DNA of 63,916 nt, counting the filler, from Reticulomyxa filosa (Eukaryota > Protista > Foraminifera): assembly GCA_000512085.1 (NCBI GenBank). It is 19 parts of 19 records of this genome, joined end to end, with 100 filler letters (N's around TTAATTAATTAA, not from the genome) between each part and the next. Parts side by side here need not be neighbours in the genome. Positions count along the whole stretch, not along the records: positions 49,853 to 56,460 come from ASPP01020506.1; positions 56,561 to 58,639 come from ASPP01000528.1; positions 58,740 to 61,174 come from ASPP01011124.1; positions 61,275 to 62,508 come from ASPP01028269.1; positions 62,609 to 63,916 come from ASPP01035740.1; 14 more parts are not named here. One strand, 5' to 3'. The notes beneath the pieces are model-generated. The model saw only the letters and a program-made list of their open reading frames with translations, was not told the DNA's origin and ran no database searches. The translations under genes and the position numbers were made by a program. Positions 52,211-63,916 of the stretch are shown here, piece by piece. The first letter of the stretch is position 1. Each line of letters opens with the position of its first letter.

Positions 52211-54979
52211 ATGATAAAAGACATCATTCCCATACTAACACTTTTTTGGTCATTTTGGCTTTGGAAGGTTCGATGCGACTCCTGTGAATGGGTTGCAAGT
52301 TTAGGCTTGACTTATGACTTAACACCGCTGCAACTGACAAAAGGACAGCAGCTCCAGTACTACGTGGTGAAGGACGAACGATATGAAGATAATGCCACAA
52401 TGTCAGATCAGTTCGTATATAAATTCAATGTTTGTGGAAAAATGCTGAGCGTACCAAGCGAATGCAAGGGGTCCACTTTTAAGTGGTGTCAAAACATCGA
52501 TCTGACTACAAAAACATGTTCTAACGAAGTGGCGTTGCAAGGAACCGGTAAAAAAATTTAAAAAAATTTCGCAACACTTTTGGTGTTTGTGTTTTGTTGA
52601 AGAGTTTCCAAAAAACGTTGGAAGATTTTTTTTTTTTATAAATAGGATACGCGTATCAAATTCGACAAACATCGTCAACCAGCTACGTCTGTCATCAATT
52701 GTCGAACGTACATTCGAACTACACCAAGTTAGAACTATTAGACCCTGATGAACCAGCAAAAGGTGTGGTTCTCATTTACAAGGATGGCGAATGGTGTGAC
52801 CAATATACGGTATAGTTTGCATGCTTTTTTGTGTGTGTGTGTGTGCGTCTATAACGTTGCTTGGTTAATCAATAATGGATTTATTTTTTTATTTTTTTTT
52901 TTTGCATCAAATCCTCTGTTTCTCAGCTTTTAACATTGTCATATTCTCAATAATAGGAGAATACTAATCTATGAATTTTAAAAAAAAAAAAAAAAAAGAC
53001 AACCAAAACGTATACACATATGAAAAAGACAAATCGTGAATTTCGATTGCGATTGGAATGTGAAAATAATTATTACAACATCCCCGACGAAGAACAAGTA
53101 GTAGAAAACAAATGCACTTACAACGTAACGATGCAGTCAGTCTATGGCTGTCCAACGCAATGCGGGATCTACGGCCACTCGCTATGCAATGGCAATGGAA
53201 TTTGCTCTTACGATTGGACGAACAAGAATGCCGGATGCTTTTGCTATTGGAATCGCAAAGGCAGCACTTGTGAAGAAGTTTACCACTAGAAATCCATGCA
53301 CATATATGTATGTCAATTACTCCTTCTTTTTCTAAGTGTTGCTTGTTCAACATGAACAGGAGGAGAGAGAGAGAGAGAGGGGTACACCCAATTACATCCA
53401 CTGATGCTTGATGTACATTGCAATAGACAATACATTTTGTATTTGATATTTATACTTTCAGGAAAGTGGAGCAGGAGAATATTTAGGCGTTCAACCAGAT
53501 CGGACGAAGGACAAATATATGCACACTTTTCAATCGCTAGTGTCGTGGCACACAGATTCTGGTACGGATACGGCTTCGTTTGTGAACGTAACCTATGATT
53601 ACAAGCTGCTACACTTAGCTCAAGGCGCTTATCAAACCAATGACAGTGTCAATCCCTTTCTTTACTATTGGAACTTCTTAGGTACTGTTCCATGGAGTTC
53701 TTTGCCGATTTCTTGTCAGAACGCTGTCAACCCGTGCAATGTTACGAAGAACCCTGGCTGCACTAATCTGGGATCTAATGGCGAGACAAGTTTGTTTTTT
53801 TTTTTTTTTTACGTGTCGTAATCTTGCTTTTTTTTTTTTTTTTTTTTATCTGTTGCTGCCATTATACCCCTTTCTAATATACATATACATATATATGTAA
53901 ATTTTCAAAAAAAAAAGACAAATGTGATGTGATACAACGTTGAGAATAGATGGTACTGCATTCCAAATCAATAGAAACAACCAAAACTGCAACTTGTTGG
54001 CTCGTGGAGATGTGTATTCATGGAACTTATATGACTCGCAGCATCCGGCAAGAGGAGTGTCTTTCACGTATTTCGACGGGGGCTACTGCGGAAACGCGCA
54101 TGTTTAGTTCTTTCCCTATTGTTTTTTTTTTTTCTTCCTTTGCAGTTTCTCAAATGTTCACACAGTGATCTTACATACAAATGATGATGATGGTGGGGGG
54201 GGAACAAAATCAGGGCAATCGACAATTCACGATCAATTGGTTATGCCCGGCAACGAACAGAAGCTACACACTCGAGGAGGAACAAATAATAACAACTTAC
54301 GTCGAAGAGACAGACGCACATTATTGTGGTTACAATTTGAACATCGAAACGGCACTTGCGTGTCCATACCAATGTCTCACAGAAACAGGCAACAACCCGA
54401 CCTATTATTCCATTTGCAGTGGACATGGCCTATGTGCGGCTGATCCGATTGCTGGATCAGTGAGATGTCTATGTGATAGTGGATTTGAAGGTGATCGGTG
54501 TGAGTCTGTTTATCATTATCAGACCACTTCTGCTCAGGCCTCGCATGACAACCATGTCGGTTTTCAAGTTGCTATTTCCGTTGTCACCATTTTAGTCATT
54601 TTGTTCCTCGCCATTGCCGCCTATTTGTACATGCGAAACCGCTCTTTGGAGAAATTCCGAGGTCAGTTGCTAGAAGATGAAGCTGACGAAGTCATCAGCC
54701 CGGCTGTGCACGACGATCCTAAGGCCCCTGATGACATGCACGACAGTGATAGTGAGCCTGATGATGATGGTGAAAACAGTCAAAATGCTGATAATCACGA
54801 TAGTTATTTTTTTGAGTTTTTTCAAAGTATATCCTTACATTTTTTTGTCATGCTTTGCTTTGTTTCTCTGACTTTTATTAGACAACCAAGGCGACACTGA
54901 ACTGGCATCCGTTGTCCAAAAACCTTCCCAGGAAACTACCACCACAAATCCTGAAATTAAATTGGAATCAGGCAACTGA
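52211..54979 (+). CDS. Type I membrane protein: signal peptide, two MRH (M6P-receptor-like) domains each followed by an EGF-like domain, TM, acidic tail
   Basis: TYDLTPL..YKFNVCG..REFRLRLEC..CTYNVTMQSVYGCP; CNGNGICSYD..CFC; second unit RQFTINWLCP..CGYNLNIETALACP, CSGHGLC..CLCDSGFEGDRCE; TM VAISVVTILVILFLAIAAYLY. Confidence 0.8.
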
Positions 54980-55290
54980 ACATGAAAGTAGGCAAATTTT
55001 GCTCAATGGCTTCCATTCCAAAATATAGAGTATAAAATTAAAAAAAAAACAAACTAATTATTTTTAATTTGCTGATTATTTTTTTTTAACAATTCCTTAA
55101 GGTTTTGTCCAGTTTGCGCTTCAGAAACGTAAAAAGGTGTCACTTCTTTTTCAAAAATTTGTTTCTTCTGCATATGTCATCTCGAAAAAAAAAGGACTGG
55201 AAGACACTAAAAATTTCCGTACTGCAAGTCCGACCTGAAAGAGAGGAAGCACTGAACTTTTTTTAGCCCAAAAAAATTACAGCATTTATC

Positions 55291-56460
55291 ATGTCTGCTG
55301 ACCAGCCATTAAGCACAAATTTCCAAGTATCAGCTGATATAGTGGGCACAAATGCTGAAACTTTGGCAAAAAAGACAGCAATAGAATTAGGAACATTTAA
55401 CACCATAGTGGTATGAACTGTTTGTCAGGCAAATCAAAGGAATGAGCCACCAAATCTATAACAAAAACAAAACAAAAAGACGTTTTGGCAATTTTGGAAT
55501 GCATTTAAACGAAAACAAATGCTAAAATCACTCCCAAGAGATGTAAACATTCGAGTATTCCGCAGCATAATCCAAGAGCCCATAAATCCGAGACAATGTT
55601 AAGTTAAAACAGTGGAAATTGCGAAAAACAGCACACAAAAGAAAAAAAAAAAAAAGCAGAAAAAAAATAAACAAAAACAAAAAAAGGGTGTGGTGAGAGT
55701 TGGTCAAGTAAATTAATATCGGAAACAGACAATCAAATGACGGAAGCAATGATCAAAATCTGCGTGCAATTTGCAGCAGAGCAATTATCAAAGGCGATTG
55801 TAATAAAATAAAAACAAACATTTAAAAAAAAAAAAAAAAGATAGCATTACTTGTTTCAATATGAAATGCATCACGTACACAAAAAAAAAAAAAAAGAATG
55901 GGGTGACCTTTACACGCCGTATGATTGACGATACAATTCGTTATAGTGTGGATATTTGGTTAGAGAAAGGATCGGCCGAAGCAAGTCGTCGCTTGAATGA
56001 AATTTTGAAGAAATATTGTGTGGGAGAGAGCATCACTACTTTTATTCATCAATCAAAAACGAGTGCAAGAATTTCCAGTTTGACACTAACATAAGTGCAT
56101 ATAAAAAAAAAAAAATAAGGCAAATATCTCATCTCTCTCAAAACACATAGCACAAAGTTACAATTACAATAATCACAAAAAAAAAAATAAAAAAGATATT
56201 AAAGAGGCCGAAAATCGTTATCGTACCAAACAATTTGAATCTTTTGAAAAAAATGCTGCTAGTCAGAAACCCATTAAAGAGATCCCTGCAAGCGATTTTC
56301 AGTCCCTATTTGCCACTGTTTTGCTTTTTTTTTTTTTTTTTTTTTTTGTGTTTGTATATTAATATGAACATATTCATGTACTTTTTGGAAAAAAAAAAAA
56401 AGGGGTTTGTTTTTTTTTTTTTTTTTGCATACTTTGATGACCCTTGTAACAAAAGTCGAC
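55291..56460 (+). CDS. Multi-exon hypothetical protein, 3' truncated
   Basis: MSADQPLSTNFQV.. followed by short exons separated by poly-A introns. Confidence 0.45.
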
Positions 56461-58234
56461 NNNNNNNNNNNNNNNNNNNNNNNNNNNNNNNNNNNNNNNN
56501 NNNNTTAATTAATTAANNNNNNNNNNNNNNNNNNNNNNNNNNNNNNNNNNNNNNNNNNNNATGCATTATGATTTTATTTTAAAATATTGAATGTACATAA
56601 ACATGTATTTTTTTACGAGTGAAATTGTTGAAATAAAAGAGGTTATATGTGTCGCAAATATTCTAATACATGGAATTGATTCATCAGAAATATTAAAACA
56701 AATTAATCAGATTTAAGATATGGTTTAGCAAATAAAGGTGGGCAATGCGATATTTTTAGATGAAAAGATGTACTATTATTCTTTAAAATTATTCATTTCA
56801 TTCTCCACTAAATAAACACGTTTTAGATTTTTGTGTTCATTCCAATGTAATTCTTATTCCAACATACTTTTGTAGTATGAAATAATATGAAAAGGATAAC
56901 AATATTTTTTTTTTCATTATCGAAATGAATCAGTTTTTATCGTTGTAAGAATTATTTTTGTTTAGAAGCATTGATTTTGATTTTTTGTGAGATTATCAAA
57001 ATATAGAACAACCAATAACTTTTTTGTTAAATCTCATGCAACAGGTTTTTTCCTTTCTGAACTTAAGCAAAATGATTTTTAAGAAGTATATCTCAGAATA
57101 TATTACAGATAGTTAAATTCCAATGTTCCAAAAACCTCTTTATAGTATTAAAAACATTATGCACATTTCAAAATATAATCGCGTCATTGTAATTTAATCA
57201 ATATTATAATCTTATTAAGAAAATCATAATTTTTATTTCTTAAATTATTATGAAATACAATAGAATGAAATAAATTTGCACTATATCTTTAAATTTAATT
57301 TTGATTTTTATTTCATAATCATGGAATTTACTAATTTTTCTTAAGTATTTTCAAAATCGAAATAAAAATAAAAAGAACTGATCCAGAATTTTTTATTCAT
57401 GAATAAATTTAAAATGATAATAACAATAATATATTTAAATTTTATACAACAAAATTCTGCAACAATCAAATTTTTCATTTTCTTTTTCCAAAGTGTGTAA
57501 AAGCTCTTGGAGTTCATCGGAATTATATCCCAAAGCACTTTCCAGCGCACTATCCATCTTTTTATCTTCATTACCACTCCATTCACTCAAAAATGTTTTA
57601 CATCCTCATCACTTTGCACAGTATCTGTACGTGCGTCACTTGCGCCCACATTATTGGCGGTGTTGTCAACTGTGGGTATATCATTACAAACCTGGCATTA
57701 TTTATATTATCTCCCATAATTGTTATTATTATTATCAGCATGATCGTGATTGTTATCAGCATGTGGTTTGCCTTGAATGGACGGATCAAAATGCGTTTCA
57801 AAATGTTTGGAGAACAAGACAGATGTGAGCCTTTGTTTCAAATAAAGTTGGAGCAAAGAAAATGAGGTCTATTGAATCGATTACAGTCAAATATCTAAAT
57901 GATAATCGATATCTCAAACGCTGCCAAAATGGCATTTCTGTACCTGCGATACATGCGTTCACTTTCATAAATGGACATGAAGTAATCGAATTCGAAGACG
58001 AAGCAATTGCTCACGCAATTAATAGCATTCTTTCGAATTTGACTTTGACACAAGTGATGACATAGCTATCAGCCATCAAAATTTTTCACCGTTTGCAATT
58101 CATTTAATCGTCGCAGACTGGTTAGTCATGTCGTATTTTTAACCCCAATTCATTCTTTTTATAAACCCTTAGCTCTTAAGTCATAATTCATTACAGTAAT
58201 ACAATACTAAACATCAAACAACCCAACCAAGTGG

Positions 58235-58372
58235 CGTTTAAAAAAAAAAGCAAATGAAGACAAAATCAAAAAGAAAAGAATAAATTGGGCGGCGCCACGG
58301 TGTTCCTGGGGCGCCTCCTTATTTTTTCTTTTCTATTTCGATTTTTCCTTCATTCGCTTTTTTTTAAAAACG
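58235..58372. repeat. ~138-bp imperfect foldback palindrome with a GC-rich apex
   Basis: Left arm CGTTTA10GCAAATGAAGACAAAATCAAAAAGAAAAGAATAAATTGGGCGGCGCC; reverse complement of right arm CGTTTTTA8GCGAATGAAGGAAAAATCGAAATAGAAAAGAAAAAATAAGGAGGCGCC. Confidence 0.85.
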
Positions 58373-58755
58373 TTGGATGCCAATATTTTTTTATTTATTT
58401 ATTTAAAAAGCAACTAAATGATTTTCTTTGAAAAATTTAATTCACTGCATATGCTAGAACATTCAAGACTTGAAGCTCAAATTTAAGATAGCGCGAATAG
58501 TGTGTACATAGTAATGACAAAAAATGCCACAAAAGAAAAAAAAGATTTTTTATTTTCAATTGCAAATATCAAATAACACAACTGCAATAATATAAACAAA
58601 AGACAATCTTTTGTATTGACAAGCCCTTGTTTAAACAATNNNNNNNNNNNNNNNNNNNNNNNNNNNNNNNNNNNNNNNNNNNNTTAATTAATTAANNNNN
58701 NNNNNNNNNNNNNNNNNNNNNNNNNNNNNNNNNNNNNNNTTTTTTTTTTTTTCCA

Positions 58756-58786
<31 letters not shown>

Positions 58787-58999
58787 GTCCATTTTTTTTT
58801 TCTTTCTCTCTTCTTTTGTCTTGCCCTCCAAAAATAAACGATTTTTACTCGTGATATTTCAATTACAACAAAACTGAGAGTATCGCTTCACATCCTTCAT
58901 AAAGGATGTGCTTTGCCGTCTCAAATGTCTTTTGTTACCTGATATTGAATGTTCATTAAAAAAAAAACAAGCTTGTAATCGTAAATAACAAGTGTAATC

Positions 59000-61140
59000 A
59001 AGACACACATTCTAACCACTATCTTCTTTTTCAACATCGATCAGATCACCAATGTGTTCCTCTGCCATATTAGCAAGTAGGCAAATGCCTAATGTTCTTT
59101 TGAGAGAAGATTACAAGCAGGGGGAAAATAATTTTTTTTTACGGCAAAAATGTGTTCAACAAACTTAATGTAAGTTGCATTGTTTGAATATTGGTTAGAT
59201 TGAGCAATGTTTAAGTTTAGTACTCTTGCTTTCTTTGTGAACAGATTTTAAGAAATACAATTTTTCTTGAAAAAAAGTTTGTAGCTCCAATTAACACCAG
59301 TCACAATATATACTTTTTTTTTTTTGCACACAAATAGTTTATCTATTTACATGACTAGACAATTTTTGGATTTATGTGATTTTTCATCTTCATATTCATC
59401 ATCTTCTTCTTCTTCTTCAATGTGCTGCTCCTTTTTCTTTTGTTTTTCTTTTTGTCCTTGTAAAATTTCTTTCTCTTTACTTTCACGTTCTTGTTCTTGT
59501 CTTTGATACTTTCTTTTTTCCGTTTCTTTTTTTTGCTTGTTGCTTTGTTCTTGCAATTTTTGTTGTCTTTGCAATGCTTTCTGTGGATTTTTTTGTAATT
59601 TCAACAATGATCTGAATTTCTTCAAACATACTAAAAAAAAAAAAAAAACCAAACTTCCAATGCATCAACCACCTCTTTTACCGAGGGTCTATTAGCCTTC
59701 AAGTATTTCCACGTGTCAATGCATTGTTCCTCAACACTCGGAGTTAATCGATAGTCAAGATTTTTCAAAACGTTGTACATGGTCGCAGCACCATTTTGAA
59801 TGGTGACGGAGTCGACTTCAAAATCCTTGACCCACTTCCCGGTGCATAGAGTGAGGACACCATTTTCGAGCAGTATCTCACAGTACTCCTTGTTGAAAGT
59901 GAGATTGTACAAGGCCAAGAAGGTATGATTCAAAAACACTTTAGACGGAGGTTTTTGTAAACAGATGGTGATGAATTTGAATGGTAATTTGCTTTTGATT
60001 ATTTGATCCAGGCATTCTTTGGTGTTTGTATATATATACATATACATATACACATATATATATATATATGTATATATGTATATATGTATATTTATAATAT
60101 ATCTAAACCTTTATCTTTGGTGCGGGCTCCAATAGCAATCAAACTGACAACAGCTTCTTGCAATTTGACATTATCTTGCTGCAATGCCTTGTGGCTGACA
60201 CGGCCGATATAGTATCGTTCCAAGGCCCTTGTCACGGCGTTTCGGCAACGGGCGATTGCAGCTGTGACGTGAGATACGTCAAAATGCTGTATACTTGCAA
60301 GAAGAACTGCGACTGAGGGTCGGCCTCGCTGACCAATTCGCACAGCATATCATAGCCCTCGTACAAGTTGTCGATAAACAATTTGGCCGTTTGCGGGTTT
60401 TGAGACATGTTGTTGATTAACGAAAGCAGGCTCTGTCGTGTGTTCTCCTCCCACACTCCGACTGCCAAGTACAAGTTCTTCATTGTCACAAACCCCCCTG
60501 ACGACGCAAATATCGCTGCTTTTTTCGGGTCCCCAACCAAAAAGCTTAACACTGTTATCACGTGTTGTGCGAATAGCCCTTGGTTTTCTTGTTGCTTTGC
60601 CACGCTTGGTCCTGTCCAATTCCGTGTGAGTGTTGCACACATATCAAACTGTAGTACAGGTTATATACAAAATGTACATACGTTCCCTACTTTTTCTTTT
60701 GCTCCCCCTTTTATTTGAACTTTGAACTTTGAAAAAGGGGGAGGGGGATTTTAATAAAAAAAAAAAAATCACCTTTCATATGCTGGCTATCCGCAGAGAA
60801 CTGAGAATTTAATGATTCCAACAAAACACGAACGGCTTCTTCATCAAATGCCTGCTGCGCTCTTGGCTCGGAGAGGAGATTACCCAAGGATCGGGCACAT
60901 GCGTACTGAATCCCAAATTTGTCAAAATACTTTTTCATCGTGCTAATCAACAGCGGCACCGCTTTGGTTTGCGCAGTTAATCGGCGTTGCTTTTCATTTT
61001 CAAAACACACATTCGACAATGCATCGCAAGCGGTGGCCACAAACGAAGGGAGTTGCAAGTTCTCTTCCATTGTTGCTACGATTGCTTGTGAGATATTCGA
61101 TTCGGCAGGAAATCTTTTAGCAACTTTAAAATTTTTAAAA
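59000..61140 (-). CDS. Armadillo-repeat protein (multi-exon, 5' truncated)
   Basis: ACDALSNVC..AVPLLISTMKKY..ACARSLGNL; FLALYNLTFN..GAATMYNV. Confidence 0.75.
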
Positions 61141-61141
61141 A

Positions 61142-61174
<33 letters not shown>

Positions 61175-61436
61175 NNNNNNNNNNNNNNNNNNNNNNNNNN
61201 NNNNNNNNNNNNNNNNNNTTAATTAATTAANNNNNNNNNNNNNNNNNNNNNNNNNNNNNNNNNNNNNNNNNNNNATAGGTTGCAAATCGTCGAGGAAATA
61301 TTGGAAAGTTTTTTATTTTTATTTTTTTTATTTTTATTTTTTTATTTTTTATTTTTATTGAGAGAGATAGGGAAAATGGGGAAAATAAAAGTTGGAAATT
61401 GATGGGAAAATGGGAAAAAATAAGGAGAAAGATGAT

Positions 61437-61580
61437 AAAAATTTTAATTAAGAATGTTGGGAAAATTTAATTAAGGCCGGGGAAAATTTTAATTAAGAAG
61501 GCCGTTGAAAATTTTAATTAAGAAAATTAGGGAAAATATCAATTAAAAAAGTTGGTGAAATTTTAATTGAGAAAAATGGG
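61437..61580. repeat. Degenerate ~25-bp minisatellite (GAAAATTTTAATTAAGAA core) x~6 in a purine-rich tract
   Basis: Core recurs six times at ~22-27 bp spacing. Confidence 0.7.
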
Positions 61581-61779
61581 AAAAAATGAAAAAAATATAT
61601 AATTAGAAAATAAAAAAATGAAAAAGAAAAAAAAAATAACAAAATTGTAAAAAAGGAAAAAAATAAAAAAAGATGACATGGGGAAAAAAGAAAAAAAGGG
61701 ATAAATTGGAAAAATAAAGACGGGAAAATACCCCGCAAAAGCGCTAGAACGCGCTAATTTAATCGACGCCACGACCAAT

Positions 61780-62508
61780 AAAGATTTCATCGAAGTGGCG
61801 AGTGTGGCAATATCAAGGAAGTGGAGGTGATTGTAAGTGGATTTTTGTTGAAAATGTTGTTGGACGTTCGCTATAACGTTTCAAAAACAACAACTACGAC
61901 TACATGCACAAACACCCTTCAAGGGCTCAAACAATGGAAACAGTGATGCAAGAGTCACTATGATTACCTTCGCTGGACCGTCTCCGAGATCGTCTATGGG
62001 CTGATGGATGACTTGTTAGATTCAATGCAATACTTGTATTCGTTGCATTATCTCCTTCTTTAGTATTGGACGTATAAGTCGTTCTGCAAATGCTGGATAA
62101 TAATGTTATCTCATTGAAACTAATTCAAACTTTGGATATGGTCGTTATTGGAAATGCTCTAATTAGAAAGGCGACTAGAGCGGATGGCTTTGGTGATAGC
62201 ATTGGAATAATTGGACAAGCTATATTAAATTAGTCCAGAACAAACTGGATCTTGGTGCCACATGACCACAAACTCAAACTTACCAGGATAAAAGAAAACG
62301 AAGTCATGATGGTCTTGCGCAAAGTGGCAGCGATTGGATGGACCGAAGAAATAGAAGATAATGAATAAGATGGCGAAAACGTTGTTAGAAAGTATTAACA
62401 CTAATGGGCGAGCAAATTATGACGTTCGGATAGTCGCTATGTGCGAGCGGCCCAATTTGATTGAGGAATTATACGAAACGAAGCCAATATCACTGGCAAA
62501 AAGGAGAA
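61780..62508 (+). pseudogene. Decayed coding-like region, possibly a LINE relic
   Basis: Fragments such as WNNWTSYIKLVQNKL and RIKENEVMMVLRK resemble LINE endonuclease-RT linker segments; many stops. Confidence 0.25.
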
Positions 62509-62608
62509 NNNNNNNNNNNNNNNNNNNNNNNNNNNNNNNNNNNNNNNNNNNNTTAATTAATTAANNNNNNNNNNNNNNNNNNNNNNNNNNNNNNNNNNNN
62601 NNNNNNNN

Positions 62609-63470
62609 TGGAGTTCTGATGGACACAACGGCACTTTGCAAGGCAAGAAGTTACTTTGAGGCCACTCCTGGACGTGTGATTATTTTATCCGACGAACTGC
62701 GATATCTCAAGTGCTAATATCTTTGGTAAAAATCCGATTGACCAAAAACTTGTCAACGCTACCTTCCAATTGAAACCTTTGAAAAAAGATTGATCGTGTG
62801 ATATTTGCAAACGAAAGAGCAATTGATGTCGTCAAATATATTGGTTATCCGTCCTTCGCCGAGGATGAGGCATTCAGCATTGAATTGGACGATTGGTTCA
62901 CAAATACCCATGATAACACAGCAAATGGTGAAATCATTTTTGATACATAACCTAGGACACGTCATATTTGCACGACGATATGAAGATTGAAGATATTCCT
63001 GCAATTCGTGCTATCATTGAATCAGATATTGAATATGACGCCGTAATGATGTTTTGTTTTTTAATATTTTTTTTTAAAAAAATATGTATAAAAAAAAAAA
63101 AGATGAATTGAAGTAAAAAAAAAACACTTATGTTATATAACATTTTTAAAAAAAAGTAACTTAGCGAATTGGAACAACAAATGCAAGCGTTGAGACAACA
63201 GAAAGATGAAATAGAAACACTATTGAAAGGTGAACTAGTTGAAATAGAAAGCAGCAACACTCGCAAGTCAAAGTGCTACAACGAAAAAAAGATAAATATA
63301 TCACCGCTACCACCGGCGCCTAGCTCAATGACACCCTTTGTTGGCCAGCTACATGTGTCGCAAAAATTTGGTCAAAAATCAAGAGTCGAAACGGGTAATC
63401 AAAAGGTGAATTGAAATATGGTGGAATACAAGAATTATATTATGGACCATGCGAACGGAATAGAATAGCT
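62609..63470 (+). pseudogene. Tandem CAP-Gly domain pseudogene
   Basis: WSSDGHNGTLQGKK/YFEATPGR; VVKYIGYPSFAEDEAFSIELDDWFTNTHDNTANGEIIFDT*P; a coiled coil; a third remnant SRVETGNQ/KGELKYGG. Frameshifts and stops throughout. Confidence 0.7.
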
Positions 63471-63487
63471 GCTCCTGAGACTAAAGT

Positions 63488-63832
63488 GACGCCGGAAACG
63501 TCGGGGGGTGGAGGGACTTCGAAAATTTTGGGGTTCAGGAATAATGGACAATGTCCTGGATCCAGATGTTGATATGTTACTTTCAGTAATGTATTAACGG
63601 GTGGTGGAGGGCATTCGTATTTAAGTCGGGCGCTAAATGCCCCGGGAGCATTACCGTATCACTGCGTGATACGGAAAATGCGGGCGGAGGAGGGTATTTA
63701 TTCGTCGATGATGACTATATAGTCTGTGCTAGTTTGTGTCATTAACATGACACAGCTGGCGGGAGGTGGCGGGACTTCGTAATTCAAAACTAGCAGTCAT
63801 GAGCAGCATCATTCCTTTGCTTCAAGTTTTTT
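63488..63832 (+). ncRNA. Putative structured RNA/ssDNA array: 4 x [variable hairpin + CGGGNGGWGGMGGG..TTCG]
   Basis: Motifs at 63502, 63598, 63681 and 63760. Each is abutted by a hairpin closed by a G-C pair using the motif's first C. G-U pairs favour the + strand. A hairpin plus T6 follows the last unit. Confidence 0.5.
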
Positions 63833-63916
63833 GTATTTTATGTTTTATGTGTGATTGTGATATATTTGCATCTTCAGTCCCTGGCTCCAGAATAAAAAAT
63901 TGTTGTTGTTGTGATT

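Noticed and set aside
57341-58065. Cluster of short overlapping ORFs on both strands
   Set aside because: No consistent frame or recognisable domain; a gene call cannot be supported.
61310-61735. Purine-rich tract (and the pyrimidine mirror at 17803-18085) as telomeric or functional repeat
   Set aside because: No fixed telomeric unit; could be simple sequence or low-quality read sequence next to homopolymers.
14114-62608. Regularly recurring TTAATTAATTAA flanked by N runs
   Set aside because: Artificial six-frame-stop contig linker. ORFs ending in XXX/LIN and any synteny across linkers are artefacts.
63502-63779. CRISPR array, tRNA cluster or twister/hammerhead ribozymes as the identity of the G-rich array
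   Set aside because: The repeats are degenerate with long structured spacers and no cas genes, in a eukaryotic context. There is no acceptor stem or GTTCGANTC T-arm. GTGGAGGG recalls twister, but the UAA and GUCCCAAGC elements are absent, and there is no CUGANGA/GAAA core.

Overview
AT-rich, intron-containing eukaryotic DNA made of 19 unrelated short contigs. They are joined by 18 artificial N44-TTAATTAATTAA-N44 linkers, so neighbourhood across linkers means nothing. The gene repertoire (lineage-type WD40/Kelch/RING-TRAF paralogues, CAP-Gly relics, TM-RGS proteins, PPR-SMR proteins, poly-T/poly-A introns) suggests a foraminiferan such as Reticulomyxa filosa; this is inference, not a search result. 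Recognisable genes: GPN3, two PPR paralogues, a ubiquitin-like/TM protein, an RSPH10B-like MORN protein, a PPM1H-like PP2C, a PSTAIRE CDK, a USP fragment, two RGS proteins, Kelch/WD40 proteins, a RanBD protein, an MRH+EGF receptor and an ARM protein. There are also Gypsy, LINE and MITE relics and several pseudogenes. The most unusual signal is a probably non-coding array at 63488-63832: four conserved G-rich ~20-mers, each directly preceded by a hairpin of different sequence. Also notable are an inverted, two-3'-ended Gypsy relic (1-1435), a bacterial-type small protein with a mitochondrial-like presequence, His-less globin-like domains and a TA-inserting MITE caught inside a WD40 paralogue. 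All structures and alignments were read by eye.
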